Source: Candidatus Marinacidobacterales bacterium
GTDB lineage: Bacteria > Acidobacteriota > Vicinamibacteria > Marinacidobacterales > SMYC01
DNA length: 64,000 nucleotides
Direction of reading: 5' to 3'
NCBI GenBank assembly: GCA_965237955.1
Contig: OZ250169.1
Coordinates: 6,334,766-6,398,765 of the forward strand
Shown here: positions 47,296 to 55,120 of the stretch, piece by piece
How the letters are laid out: each line of letters opens with the position of its first letter
Position numbering within the stretch: position 1 is the stretch's first letter
The notes under the pieces: generated by a model
Told to the model about the DNA's origin: nothing
The model's input: the letters and a program-made list of their open reading frames with translations, nothing else
Database searches by the model: none
Translations under genes and position numbers: made by a program

Positions 47296-49014
47296 GGTTC
47301 TCCTGTCGTTTCGGGGGATCTGATTTGTGTTGGAGGGCATGGCCTATGGACGCTGCCGCGATTGTGGAAAACGCCGGAAACTCCGGGCGAGAGAGGCGTT
47401 TAGGGAAAGGTTGTGAGCACGTACAAACGTGGAGCGGCGTTTTCCACAATCGCTTGGAAAACGCTTCGCGTTTCCCACGAGCGCCCACAGGCCCCTCCTG
47501 ATATATATACAAGAAAGATTAATTCATATGGAATAAGGAAGGGGGGGCTCGATTAGTGGAGGCTATGGAAAACGCCCTTCCAGGCTTCGAAGAGAACTCA
47601 GTCGTGAGCAAGGTCTGAACGACCAGAACCGTGGGGGCGTTTCCCACAGCCTCGTCTCCCGCTGAGGGGCAGTGGCATTTGGTGAGGCCCGTGGGTTGAG
47701 AGGGTAAGCCATGTGTAGATGCGCATCGGCGAGAACGCTAGAATCTTTTTTTCCGAAAGAGAAAAGAGCGTTCCCGCGATGCGCGTTACTACGTTAGTCA
47801 ACAAGCTCATCGGATTGCAAGGCCTGTGGGTCCGAGGTTTCCACTTCCAGGCGGACAAAGCCAGAGTGGTGGTGGATGTAGTACCACGGAGGAGGAAGCC
47901 TCTGTGCGGGATTTGCGGACGAAAGGTCCGCAAGAACAAAGATCGCTACAATCGCTACTGGCGGCACTTGGACCTGTTCGGAGTCCGGACCTATCTTCGC
48001 TACTCGATCCGACGAGTAGTATGTCGGCGGTGTGGAGTGGTCAGAGAAAAGGTGCCTTGGGCCGACAAGGGAAGCCGCTTTACCAAAAGCTTCGAACAAG
48101 AGGTAGCGTGGCTGGCACAGAGGACGGACGTCAGCGCCGTAGCGAACTATTTCCGAGTGACGTGGCGTTCGGTGCGACGGATCATCCAGCGAGTGGTTGC
48201 CGAGCAGCGGGATGAGCGGCGCGAGCTCGATGGATTGCGGGTGATTGGGATGGACGAGATCAGCTACCGCAAACGCCACAAGTACTTAACAGTGGTAATA
48301 GACCATCTCAGCGGCCGGGTCGTCTGGGCGGGAAAGGAGCGCAAGGCCAAGACGCTGCTGCGGTTTTTCCGCAAGCTCGGACCACAAAGAGCCGCGGAGC
48401 TCGAAGCGGTCAGCATGGACATGTGGGAGCCGTACATAACTGTCGTCGGCAAAAAGGCTCCTCAGGCACGGGTGATCTTTGACCGCTTCCACATCGTCAA
48501 GCATCTGAACGAGGCCGTGGATAAGACCCGGCGCGAGCTGGTGCGCGAGCTCAAAGGGACTGCCCGGCGCAACCTCAAGAACACCAAGTTTCCCCTTCTC
48601 AAGGCCAAACACAACCGCAGCGCGAAAGACAAACGGGTGCTCCGCGAGCAGGTGCGAGCTAATCGTCGCCTCTACCGCGCCATGCTTCTGCGCGACGACT
48701 TCATGGACCTCTACACCTACAAAACCGAGACATGGGCCAAGAAGTTTCTCCGAGGATGGCTGCGGCGCGCTATGAGCTCGAGGATAGAGCCCGTCAAACG
48801 CGCGGCGAAGATGATCCGCAGCCACTTCGATGGCGTCATCGCGTGGGTCACGTGGAGACTCAGCAACGGCCGACTCGAAGGAATGAACAACAAAATCCGG
48901 CTGCTGAGCCACCGCAGCTTTGGACTCCACTCTGCCGAAGCTCTCATCAGTCTCGTCTACCTAAACTGTGGCGGTCTCACCCTCGAGAGGATCCACTGAA
49001 ATGGCAGGAGAGGC
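47296..49014 (+). mobile_element. ISL3-family insertion sequence, copy 3 (1719 bp), nested in IS256
   Basis: Same termini as copies 1 and 2. Flanking 8-mers CTTTTTCC (47288-47295) and CTTATTCC (49015-49022) match 7 of 8. Inserted 24 bp upstream of the IS256 transposase ATG. Confidence 0.88.
47719..48999 (+). CDS. ISL3-family transposase (copy 3)
   Basis: 426 aa, identical to copy 2 except for the zinc-finger Cys. Confidence 0.92.
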   Translation: MRIGENARIFFSEREKSVPAMRVTTLVNKLIGLQGLWVRGFHFQADKARVVVDVVPRRRKPLCGICGRKVRKNKDRYNRYWRHLDLFGVRTYLRYSIRRVVCRRCGVVREKVPWADKGSRFTKSFEQEVAWLAQRTDVSAVANYFRVTWRSVRRIIQRVVAEQRDERRELDGLRVIGMDEISYRKRHKYLTVVIDHLSGRVVWAGKERKAKTLLRFFRKLGPQRAAELEAVSMDMWEPYITVVGKKAPQARVIFDRFHIVKHLNEAVDKTRRELVRELKGTARRNLKNTKFPLLKAKHNRSAKDKRVLREQVRANRRLYRAMLLRDDFMDLYTYKTETWAKKFLRGWLRRAMSSRIEPVKRAAKMIRSHFDGVIAWVTWRLSNGRLEGMNNKIRLLSHRSFGLHSAEALISLVYLNCGGLTLERIH

Positions 49015-49307
49015 CTTATTCCTTCACAGCCGGATTCTATCGAACCCGGCCTTAGGAGCCGCCACTCCTAACCTTCAACTATCTCAGGGGCATCTCCGGG
49101 TTGAGAATACGATCTGGTATTCGCTTCATGACGGATTGCAGTTGACACCCATTCAGAAGGAATACCGGAGCCAAATCTCGAGAAAGTTGTACACGCGATG
49201 ACCAGGTGTTCCCGAGCGTCCGGCGTTCTGGAAACGCCATCGCCCCGTCTATGCTCGAGAAGTCGGATGCGCAGAGTCGTCGCCGACCACTGGGCGTCGG
49301 GCACCAA

Positions 49308-49384
49308 ATAACAGCACGTGCAGCCGTCGGGCGCCAACATGACTTCTTCGATTGTCGGCGTCCGCAGCTGACGTGTTACGTTAT
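49308..49384 (+). repeat. attC-like imperfect palindrome E (77 bp)
   Basis: ATAACAGCACGTGCAGCCGTCGGGCGCC ... GGCGTCCGCAGCTGACGTGTTACGTTAT. Arms pair with bulged T and G. About 105 bp after the SUKH-like stop. Confidence 0.65.
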
Positions 49385-49463
49385 TCGGACTAGCTACTGT
49401 GAGATAAAGTGACGCGGGAGAATCGGTGTCGAAGCCGTTTCGAGCCAGTTTGAAGTCGAGCCT

Positions 49464-49793
49464 ATGGCGAACATCTTCCATGTCATTGGAACATTTCACA
49501 TCACCGGTCGCACTGTGTTCTTTGTCTACGGGGACATAGTACAGGGTGTAGCACGGGCTGGAATGTTTGCGCGTGTGAGCCGTAGATCCGCTATGCCCAT
49601 GGAACTGCCAGTTGATGCGGTCGAGTTCGTTGACCTAGCAAACGGTGAGTTCCACCTGGCACTGGGCTTTAAGTACGAGAACGAGGAGCAACTCGACCGC
49701 TGGAAGCGTCTCAACATCGGTGACGAAGACCTAGAGTTGATCGATGAGAAATCGCGTTTCGGTGAGCCGAGGTCTGAAGGTGTGTCGCCGTAG
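49464..49793 (+). CDS. Cassette ORF, hypothetical (109 aa)
   Basis: MANIFHVIGTFHITGRTVFFVYGDIVQG...; bounded by attC-like sites E and B; no family recognised. Confidence 0.45.
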   Translation: MANIFHVIGTFHITGRTVFFVYGDIVQGVARAGMFARVSRRSAMPMELPVDAVEFVDLANGEFHLALGFKYENEEQLDRWKRLNIGDEDLELIDEKSRFGEPRSEGVSP

Positions 49794-49825
49794 CGACCAC
49801 CGAATGCGCACCATGCGGGAGCCGC

Positions 49826-49928
49826 ATAACATCCGCTTGAGCAGACGGCCGGCACTCAGGATTCGACTGATGAATCAGCTTTACGGTATCTTCGACTAAA
49901 GCCGGCCGCAGCTCAGCGGCGACGTTAG
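49826..49928 (+). repeat. attC-like imperfect palindrome B (103 bp)
   Basis: ATAACATCCGCTTGAGCAGACGGCCGGC ... GCCGGCCGCAGCTCAGCGGCGACGTTAG. Bulged A and T on the 5' arm. Confidence 0.65.
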
Positions 49929-49949
49929 CTGGGTCTTCGGGGTCAGGCG

Positions 49950-50258
49950 GTGGGGATTAAGATGCTAACTCAGGTGTGTTTGGATTATTTGCTCCTTCTT
50001 GTGGACGGCGATGATTCGGTGATCGATAGCCGATACTGTGAGAAAACGCTGGGTCCCCTTCTTGACGATATGCAGGAAGCAACGGAATCCGAAAAGCAGG
50101 CCTTAGCCGCCGCGGCACGTGAAAGGTTGGCATGGCTACTTCGTGAGCCAGATGAACACGGATATACCCCACGGAAGCTCGTCTCTCAAGAAACACGCGA
50201 TTTCTTAACCGCCCTCGGTGAGGGAACCGTCTTGCAGGCGCGCGAAGGGACCAGCTAA
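49950..50258 (+). CDS. Cassette ORF, hypothetical (102 aa)
   Basis: ...MLTQVCLDYLLLLVDGDDSVIDSRYCEKTLGPLLDDMQEATESEKQAL.... The stop TAA is embedded in the CTAAC of the next attC-like site. Confidence 0.45.
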   Translation: MGIKMLTQVCLDYLLLLVDGDDSVIDSRYCEKTLGPLLDDMQEATESEKQALAAAARERLAWLLREPDEHGYTPRKLVSQETRDFLTALGEGTVLQAREGTS

Positions 50259-50313
50259 CCCTCGCTGGCTGGCTCGACGGCGAGCGCCGCTCGCCGCTGA
50301 GCTCTAACGTTCG
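50255..50313 (+). repeat. attC-like imperfect palindrome C (59 bp, short form)
   Basis: CTAACCCTCGCTGGCTGGCTCGACGGCGAGCG C CGCTCGCCGCTGAGCTCTAACGTTCG. The 3' arm is nearly identical to site D. Pairing of the outer boxes is weaker (TAAC vs GTTC). Confidence 0.5.
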
Positions 50314-50327
50314 CCGGACTAGGGCGT

Positions 50328-50895
50328 ATGAGCACCAAGGCAGAGCTAAACTCCATACTCTTTATCGCAATCGTGCTCGCGGTCTCTTGTCAGGATCAAT
50401 CTAATCAAACCCCCTCAACGTCAACCGCGCGACGCACGCCCTCAGGCTTCCTCATCGTCCGCCTGGCCCAACGCCCTCGCAGGAGAGTGGCGCGTGGTTG
50501 AGTGGTTTCCAGCGCGCATCGGAACGTGGTCCTCCGAGGAGGGCGAGCGGGTCGTCGGTCAGGTCGCGCGGTTGTATGCGAATGACCTGGTGGTTCCGGC
50601 GTACGGGTGCGAGCGCCCGCACTTTGCCGTCTCCGACACCGGCGAGTTCTGGGGGCAGCTCGAGAGGTGCCAAACTGACGAGCCGCCTGCCAGTTGTCGG
50701 GACATCTGGTGGGCCCGTGATTCTATGCTCAAGTGTGCGGGCTCGGAGAACCGCCCATCACCGCTAGCTCAGGTGGCCGTCAGTTGTCCCGACGGAGAGG
50801 GGCTCGGGTTCAGCGTTGCGCAGCTCTCGGACGCGCGGGCCGTTCTCGGTTTGCCGGATGGCCGAGGTTTCCTCTGCCTGGAGTTGATGGAGTAG
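50328..50895 (+). pseudogene. Putative lipoprotein cassette ORF with a probable frameshift near 50440
   Basis: ATG 50328: MSTKAELNSILFIAIVLAVSCQDQSNQTPSTSTA (lipobox-like) stops at 50501. The +1 frame continues ...PQASSSSAWPNALAGEWRVVEWFPARIGTW...LCLELME* (track ORF 50494-50895). Confidence 0.4.
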
Positions 50896-50998
50896 CGGCT
50901 GGGGCGAGTCGTGACGACCGCGTCGATGCGGGCGTTACTTGGCTTGATGTTAGCGATGTGCTGCAGTGTGAACCGCCCCGGGTTTTCCGGAGACTGTT

Positions 50999-51916
50999 TT
51001 AGTTGAGTCTCGCCATCTCTAGCGAGCCTTCCTGCGACCGATAGTAGTTCATCTCGTACTCGACGGGGGAGACATTTCCGATCGGCTCCAAGAGTCGTTG
51101 CGTGTTGTACCAATGGACCCACTCGAGGGTGGCGAACTCAACGTCTTCGAGACCACGCCAGGGCCCACGTCGACGGATCACCTCGGTCTTGTAGAGGCCG
51201 ATGATGGATTCAGCCAAAGCGTTATCGTAAGAGTCGCCTCGGCTGCCGACGGACGGCTCAATGCCCGCCTCGGCGAGCCGCTCGGTGTAACGGATCGAGA
51301 CGTACTGCACGCCGCGATCGCTGTGATGCACCAATTGATCTTCTGGGTTTAGTCGGCGCTCGTGCAACGCCTGCTCCAACGCATCGAGAGCGATGCCGGC
51401 AGTCAACGATGTCGTCGCTCGCCAACCGACGCTGAGTCGAGCGAAGACGTCGATGACGAAGGCGACATACACGAAGCCGCGCCACGTGGCGATGTAGGTC
51501 AGGTCCGAAACCCAGAGCTCGTTCGGGCGTGTGGCGTTGAAGTCGCCCTCCACGAGGTCCATCGGGCGAGCGCCGCTCGAATCCGGCTTCGTCGTCTTGA
51601 ATCGACGTCCACGGACCGCGCCCTGGAGACCCATTTCACGCATCAGACGGGCCACCGTGCATCGAGCCACGTCGCGGCCCTCACGGCACAGCTGACGCCA
51701 GACCTTGCGCACGCCATACACGTCAAAGTTCTCTTGCCGTACACGACGAATCTCGCCGCGGAGTTGGACGTCGCGCTTCGCTCTCGCTGGCAGGCGGCTT
51801 GGGTCCTTCTCTCGCGCTTTCTGCTCGTAATAGGTCGACGGGGCGATCGGAAGCATCCGGCAGATCGGCGCGTCCCCGTAATTTTCACGGTTCGCGTCCA
51901 CGAACAACACATTCAC
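50999..51916 (-). CDS. IS3-family transposase OrfB (DDE/rve)
   Basis: 305 aa. ...LWVSDLTYIATWRGFVYVAFVIDVFARLSVGW...HHSDRGVQYVS...DNALAESIIGLYKTE. Confidence 0.9.
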   Translation of the reverse strand: MNVLFVDANRENYGDAPICRMLPIAPSTYYEQKAREKDPSRLPARAKRDVQLRGEIRRVRQENFDVYGVRKVWRQLCREGRDVARCTVARLMREMGLQGAVRGRRFKTTKPDSSGARPMDLVEGDFNATRPNELWVSDLTYIATWRGFVYVAFVIDVFARLSVGWRATTSLTAGIALDALEQALHERRLNPEDQLVHHSDRGVQYVSIRYTERLAEAGIEPSVGSRGDSYDNALAESIIGLYKTEVIRRRGPWRGLEDVEFATLEWVHWYNTQRLLEPIGNVSPVEYEMNYYRSQEGSLEMARLN

Positions 51917-52233
51917 CTCGGTCGGCGGTCGAGCTCCGCCTGGGCGAAAAACGCCGACGCCTTGCGAAGGATCTCGTTCGCCCGCTTTAGCTCACGGTTC
52001 TCTCGCTCAAGCTCCTTCAGCCGCTGACGCTCGTCCGTCGTCAGTCCCGCTCGTTTCCCAGCATCACGCTCTGCTCGCCGCACCCACGTGCGTAGCGTTT
52101 CCCGCGTACAGTCAATCTTCGACGCAATCGATGAGATCGCTGACCACTGAGATTCGTGCTGAGCCTGCTGGTCGAAAACCATCCGCACTGCGCGCTCTTT
52201 TACCTCCGGTGAATACCTGCTTCGTCTTGTCAT
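51913..52233 (-). CDS. IS3-family transposase OrfA (HTH)
   Basis: MTRRSRYSPEVKERAVRMVFDQ...LERENRELKRANEILRKASAFFAQAE. Overlaps orfB. Confidence 0.88.
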   Translation of the reverse strand: MTRRSRYSPEVKERAVRMVFDQQAQHESQWSAISSIASKIDCTRETLRTWVRRAERDAGKRAGLTTDERQRLKELERENRELKRANEILRKASAFFAQAELDRRPR

Positions 52234-52284
52234 GACTCCATCCTCTCAAGAGTTGGAGTCTCCGGAAAACCCGGGGCGGTTCAT

Positions 52285-52485
52285 GAGAAGTTTCTAGCGG
52301 AGTCGACGCGGCCGAACGGTTGGACGATAACCAATGTCTTCGTCATCGGTTGGGACGGCACCGGCAATCCTTTTGGCATCCATCGTCAAAGCGGTCGCAT
52401 CTTAGTGGAGGACCACAACTTTGGAGGTGTCCACGAACTGGCCCCGTCGCTGGCGGTGTTCTTGCTTCAGGGGCTCAACATGTAA
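52285..52485 (+). pseudogene. SMI1/KNR4 (SUKH)-like C-terminal segment downstream of IS3 no. 2
   Basis: Own translation: EKFLAESTRPNGWTITNVFVIGWDGTGNPFGIHRQSGRILVEDHNFGGVHELAPSLAVFLLQGLNM*. The IG.DG.GN...DH....LAPS...FL pattern is recalled from SUKH-1 proteins. Confidence 0.45.
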
Positions 52486-52494
52486 GGGAAACGT

Positions 52495-52585
52495 CTAACA
52501 TCAGCTGCAACGGACGAGCGGCGATATGTTGTTTAGAATGAAAAGACTTACGGCGAGCGCCGCTCGCCGCTGAGCTTTTCGTTAT
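52495..52585 (+). repeat. attC-like imperfect palindrome D (91 bp)
   Basis: CTAACATCAGCTGCAACGGACGAGCGGCG ... CGCCGCTCGCCGCTGAGCTTTTCGTTAT. GTCTAAC fits RYYYAAC. Bulged A and G on the 5' arm. Confidence 0.65.
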
Positions 52586-52671
52586 ACTCGCCTCGAATTC
52601 AAAGAAGATCTGCCAGAGAGTCGGCGGCGAAGTCCTGAAATCGATCGATGGCAACTACTTAGGGCCAGTGA

Positions 52672-53139
52672 TTACTTGCGATGTTTTAGAAGTCGCTCGT
52701 CAAAGCCGAAAGCCGTGTCCTTGTCGATGCGGACGCCGGCGAACTCCGGATGCGCCGGGTTCAGGAGCACGTTGTGGTCGTCGACGACGACCGCGGAGGG
52801 AACTCTCAACATGAGGGTTTGCCGGCTTGCGGCCCAGCGTGTTCCGATCTCGGCAAGTGCCGCCGGAGCAGGGAATGTCTTCCAATCCTCTGGCAAGGAC
52901 TCGGAATCGATCGTACGCGAAGACGCCGCATCGGGAACATCGATGAACACCAGGCGGAGGTCGGATGGTTGGAGATTCGCGTCGACGTGAACGAGCAACT
53001 CCACGGTGGCCAGGGCAGGGCTGCTCGCGGTGTACAAGATCGAGGTCCCTTTCTGATTCCAGCGTGCACCGTACATTCGGGCGCCGGTACCGCTGAGGTC
53101 TTGCGCGTACGCGGCCTTTGATATGCGATAGAGGATCAA
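52672..53139 (-). CDS. RES-domain toxin (MbcT/ParT-like)
   Basis: 155 aa. (TTG)ILYRISKAAYAQDLSGTGARMYGARWNQKGTSILYTASSPALATVELLVH. R, E and S residues sit in the expected order. Confidence 0.85.
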   Translation of the reverse strand: MILYRISKAAYAQDLSGTGARMYGARWNQKGTSILYTASSPALATVELLVHVDANLQPSDLRLVFIDVPDAASSRTIDSESLPEDWKTFPAPAALAEIGTRWAASRQTLMLRVPSAVVVDDHNVLLNPAHPEFAGVRIDKDTAFGFDERLLKHRK

Positions 53140-53567
53140 GACACGAGGCCGTGCTCGACGCGACCCAGCTCGTCAACTACCAGATCGATCCCGAGCTTGG
53201 ACGCCACGAGGTCCATCGGCTTGCGATTGCCGAGCGCCACATTCGACCGCTGCATCCAAGCGAGGAACCTATCCTTGTCCTCAAAGACGTCGACGCCACG
53301 AACGACGACGCGCGCGATCTCCAGAAGATGATCCGAGACAGCCCGGCTTAGGCGGGTCGAACGTGAGTACCGCTGGATGGTGCGTTCCGTGATCGGGAGC
53401 AAGCGCGCCATCTGGGCCGTTGAGAGCTCCAAAAAGTTTGCCAGCTCCAGCAAGGACGCTTTGGTAAGCCCCTTCTCGCCGAGGTCGACGAGATCCAGCA
53501 TCGTCTCGAACTTCCCCCGGAACGTTTTAGGACCTCCGAGCAGCTCGAGAACGGCGGCTGGATTCAT
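53136..53567 (-). CDS. Xre-like antitoxin with C-terminal RES-toxin-binding domain (DUF2384/MbcA/ParS-like)
   Basis: MNPAAVLELLGG...LSTAQMARLLPITERTIQRY...VFEDKDRFLAWMQRSNVALGNRKPMDLV...GRVEHG. Stop overlaps the toxin start. Confidence 0.85.
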   Translation of the reverse strand: MNPAAVLELLGGPKTFRGKFETMLDLVDLGEKGLTKASLLELANFLELSTAQMARLLPITERTIQRYSRSTRLSRAVSDHLLEIARVVVRGVDVFEDKDRFLAWMQRSNVALGNRKPMDLVASKLGIDLVVDELGRVEHGLVS

Positions 53568-53821
53568 GTAGATAGCTCCGTCATTTGACGTAATTATACC
53601 GTCACTTGTCGCAAAGATCAAACTGAGGGGCTTTGGCCCGTTCCGGGCCCTCTGAAAGCGCCGCTTTTCGAGCTCTCCTCAGAATCGCATGGAAACATGT
53701 CCATCGTCAAAACTCGTCCGTCCTTGAAATCAGGCACTTACACCGACCCAAGCCTGGGCTAGGAGCTGGTTCTCTGAGATTCCGCCGTGGGAAGGGCAAA
53801 ACCGTGCTGCTCACACAGGCA

Positions 53822-55120
53822 TCATGCAGATTTCCGAGCAGGTTTTCGACGAGGCCCTGTTCTGGTGACACTCCGGACAGCAGGGCCAGCGCGTGAAGAG
53901 TCGCAGCGACGACAACTCGCTGCTTGATTTGCCGCGCTCCTGACCCACTGCGCGGTTTTGCGCTGCTCGGAGAGCCGCTCAAGCACATTCTCCTCTCGGC
54001 CGAAGTACACCTCGTCCGGCGTGCGAGCGCCGAGAACGGCGCGCGGTATCTTTTCATTGTGCTCACGGACGTAGAACGCGACGAGACGCCGCACGGCCAC
54101 CGTGCTGTCGAGCGTGTTTAGGAAAAGCCAACCATGCTTCAATTGTCGCCAGAACGCCTCGATCAATGAGTTCGAGGAGATGATGTCGATCTGCGCGAGC
54201 ACACGACTCAGAGAACCAGAATCCTCTAGAAGCTGGTCGACCTCGCCAAAGTTCTCCGAACCGCCGTCGGTGACAACAAGTACGTTAGCGTTTGCGGCGG
54301 TGCGGGGGAGGTCGCCTGACGCCTCGATGAGCAGCTCCCGCGTGGTCGCCGAGCTCAGGGTGTCGCTCACCCGCCAGGCGAGAATCCTTCGGCTGAAATT
54401 GTGGATGACCGCCTGGAGGTAGATTCGGACGCCGGTCGTCAGCCGGATCACTGTTGTGTCAATTTGCCAATACTCGTTTGGGCGCGTTGCTCTGAGGCCT
54501 TCTTTGGGCTTGGCGGGATGCACCCGCCTTCGGGGACGCCTCCACCCGCGCTCGTGGATCAACTTGTACCAGGTGCTTGCAGACGCGAAGAGCTTGCCAA
54601 GACGCTGCGCGTAAAGCGCTAGATTCTGGACCGCGATGTCGCGATACGTCTCGGACTCGACGAAATCCCTCATCGTCGAGACTTCGTCACGCGTGAGCTG
54701 GCTAGGGAAGGACTTCGGACAGCTCGGCTGGTCGTAGAGCCCGCAGCCTTCCTCCTTGCGCCTCCACGCGTGATAGCGCGCGGACGAGATACCGACAATC
54801 CTGAGGACGGTGTCCAGGACGAGCAGCTTGGACCCCGAGGCAACCGCACGGAGAATCGCCGATTTGCTTGCCCCATCAGGAACGCGATCGCCGTCGAGTT
54901 TGCCTCCGCGGACGTTCAGCAGCCTCACCAGCAATCCGATGATCGCCGCCTGCTGCTTGGCGCGCTGTCGTAGGCGGTCGATGTGGAGTTGGAGGTCTAC
55001 GAGCTGTTGGAGCAGGTCGACCAAACGGACGCACCTCGCCGCGCGCCCACCTGCGTCGCGTGGATGCCGGTATCGGGACGTTCCGGAACAGATACGCGTT
55101 ACCCGTCGCGGCGATGGCAT
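53822..55120 (-). CDS. rve-domain (DDE integrase-core) transposase, IS3/IS481-like
   Basis: ...RPNEYWQIDTTVIRLTTGVRIYLQAVIHNFSRRILAW...VVTDGGSENFG...SNSLIEAFWRQLKHGW. The N-terminal start is uncertain. Confidence 0.75.
   Translation of the reverse strand: MPSPRRVTRICSGTSRYRHPRDAGGRAARCVRLVDLLQQLVDLQLHIDRLRQRAKQQAAIIGLLVRLLNVRGGKLDGDRVPDGASKSAILRAVASGSKLLVLDTVLRIVGISSARYHAWRRKEEGCGLYDQPSCPKSFPSQLTRDEVSTMRDFVESETYRDIAVQNLALYAQRLGKLFASASTWYKLIHERGWRRPRRRVHPAKPKEGLRATRPNEYWQIDTTVIRLTTGVRIYLQAVIHNFSRRILAWRVSDTLSSATTRELLIEASGDLPRTAANANVLVVTDGGSENFGEVDQLLEDSGSLSRVLAQIDIISSNSLIEAFWRQLKHGWLFLNTLDSTVAVRRLVAFYVREHNEKIPRAVLGARTPDEVYFGREENVLERLSEQRKTAQWVRSAANQAASCRRCDSSRAGPAVRSVTRTGPRRKPARKSA

Larger units (their letters stand above)
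45926..49097 (-). mobile_element. IS256-family insertion sequence (about 1445 bp of its own) carrying a nested ISL3
   Basis: IRs GGAGGTGCCCCCACCATAGTTGAAGGTT (45926-) and rc GGAGATGCCCCTGAGATAGTTGAAGGTT (-49097). Perfect 8-bp TSD GGGTTGAG (45918-45925 and 49098-49105). Confidence 0.85.
45322..49201 (+). pseudogene. SMI1/KNR4 (SUKH)-like immunity-type gene, two frameshifts and an IS256 insertion
   Basis: Pieces ...LPEPFQRFM / DLQQKVPTSTACFLELSRDFIPIREADGHFLLRFLNDS / SCVMWYLCIGPKESTAVIASYYFF...TFTEFLYRFWVE | IS | NTIWYSLHDGLQL...*. Shifts near 45612 and 45733. Family assignment is from memory only. Confidence 0.5.
50969..52283 (-). mobile_element. IS3-family insertion sequence no. 2 (1315 bp)
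   Basis: Near-perfect terminal IRs TGAACCGCCCCGGGTTTTCCGGAGACT at both ends. TG dinucleotide on both flanks. Confidence 0.85.

Noticed and set aside
45983-47512. A 509-aa ORF that looks like an unusually long transposase.
   Set aside because: The first 80 codons are ISL3 end sequence, identical to 25038-25254 and 39208-39424, read through the IS junction. The real IS256 transposase starts at MSNYQ (47272).
49068-49499. A 143-aa minus-strand ORF spanning the IS256 flank and attC-like site E.
   Set aside because: It runs across the plus-strand SUKH-like gene tail, the palindrome and the next cassette start. It has no motif and no SD.
52551-52585. CGGCGAGCG-C-CGCTCGCCG hairpin followed by TTTT, read as a plain rho-independent terminator (also at 50279-50297).
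   Set aside because: The hairpin is only the inner part of a longer palindrome whose outer arms end in TAAC/GTTA. The T-run is absent in the 50279 copy. A terminator role may coexist but does not explain the conserved outer boxes.
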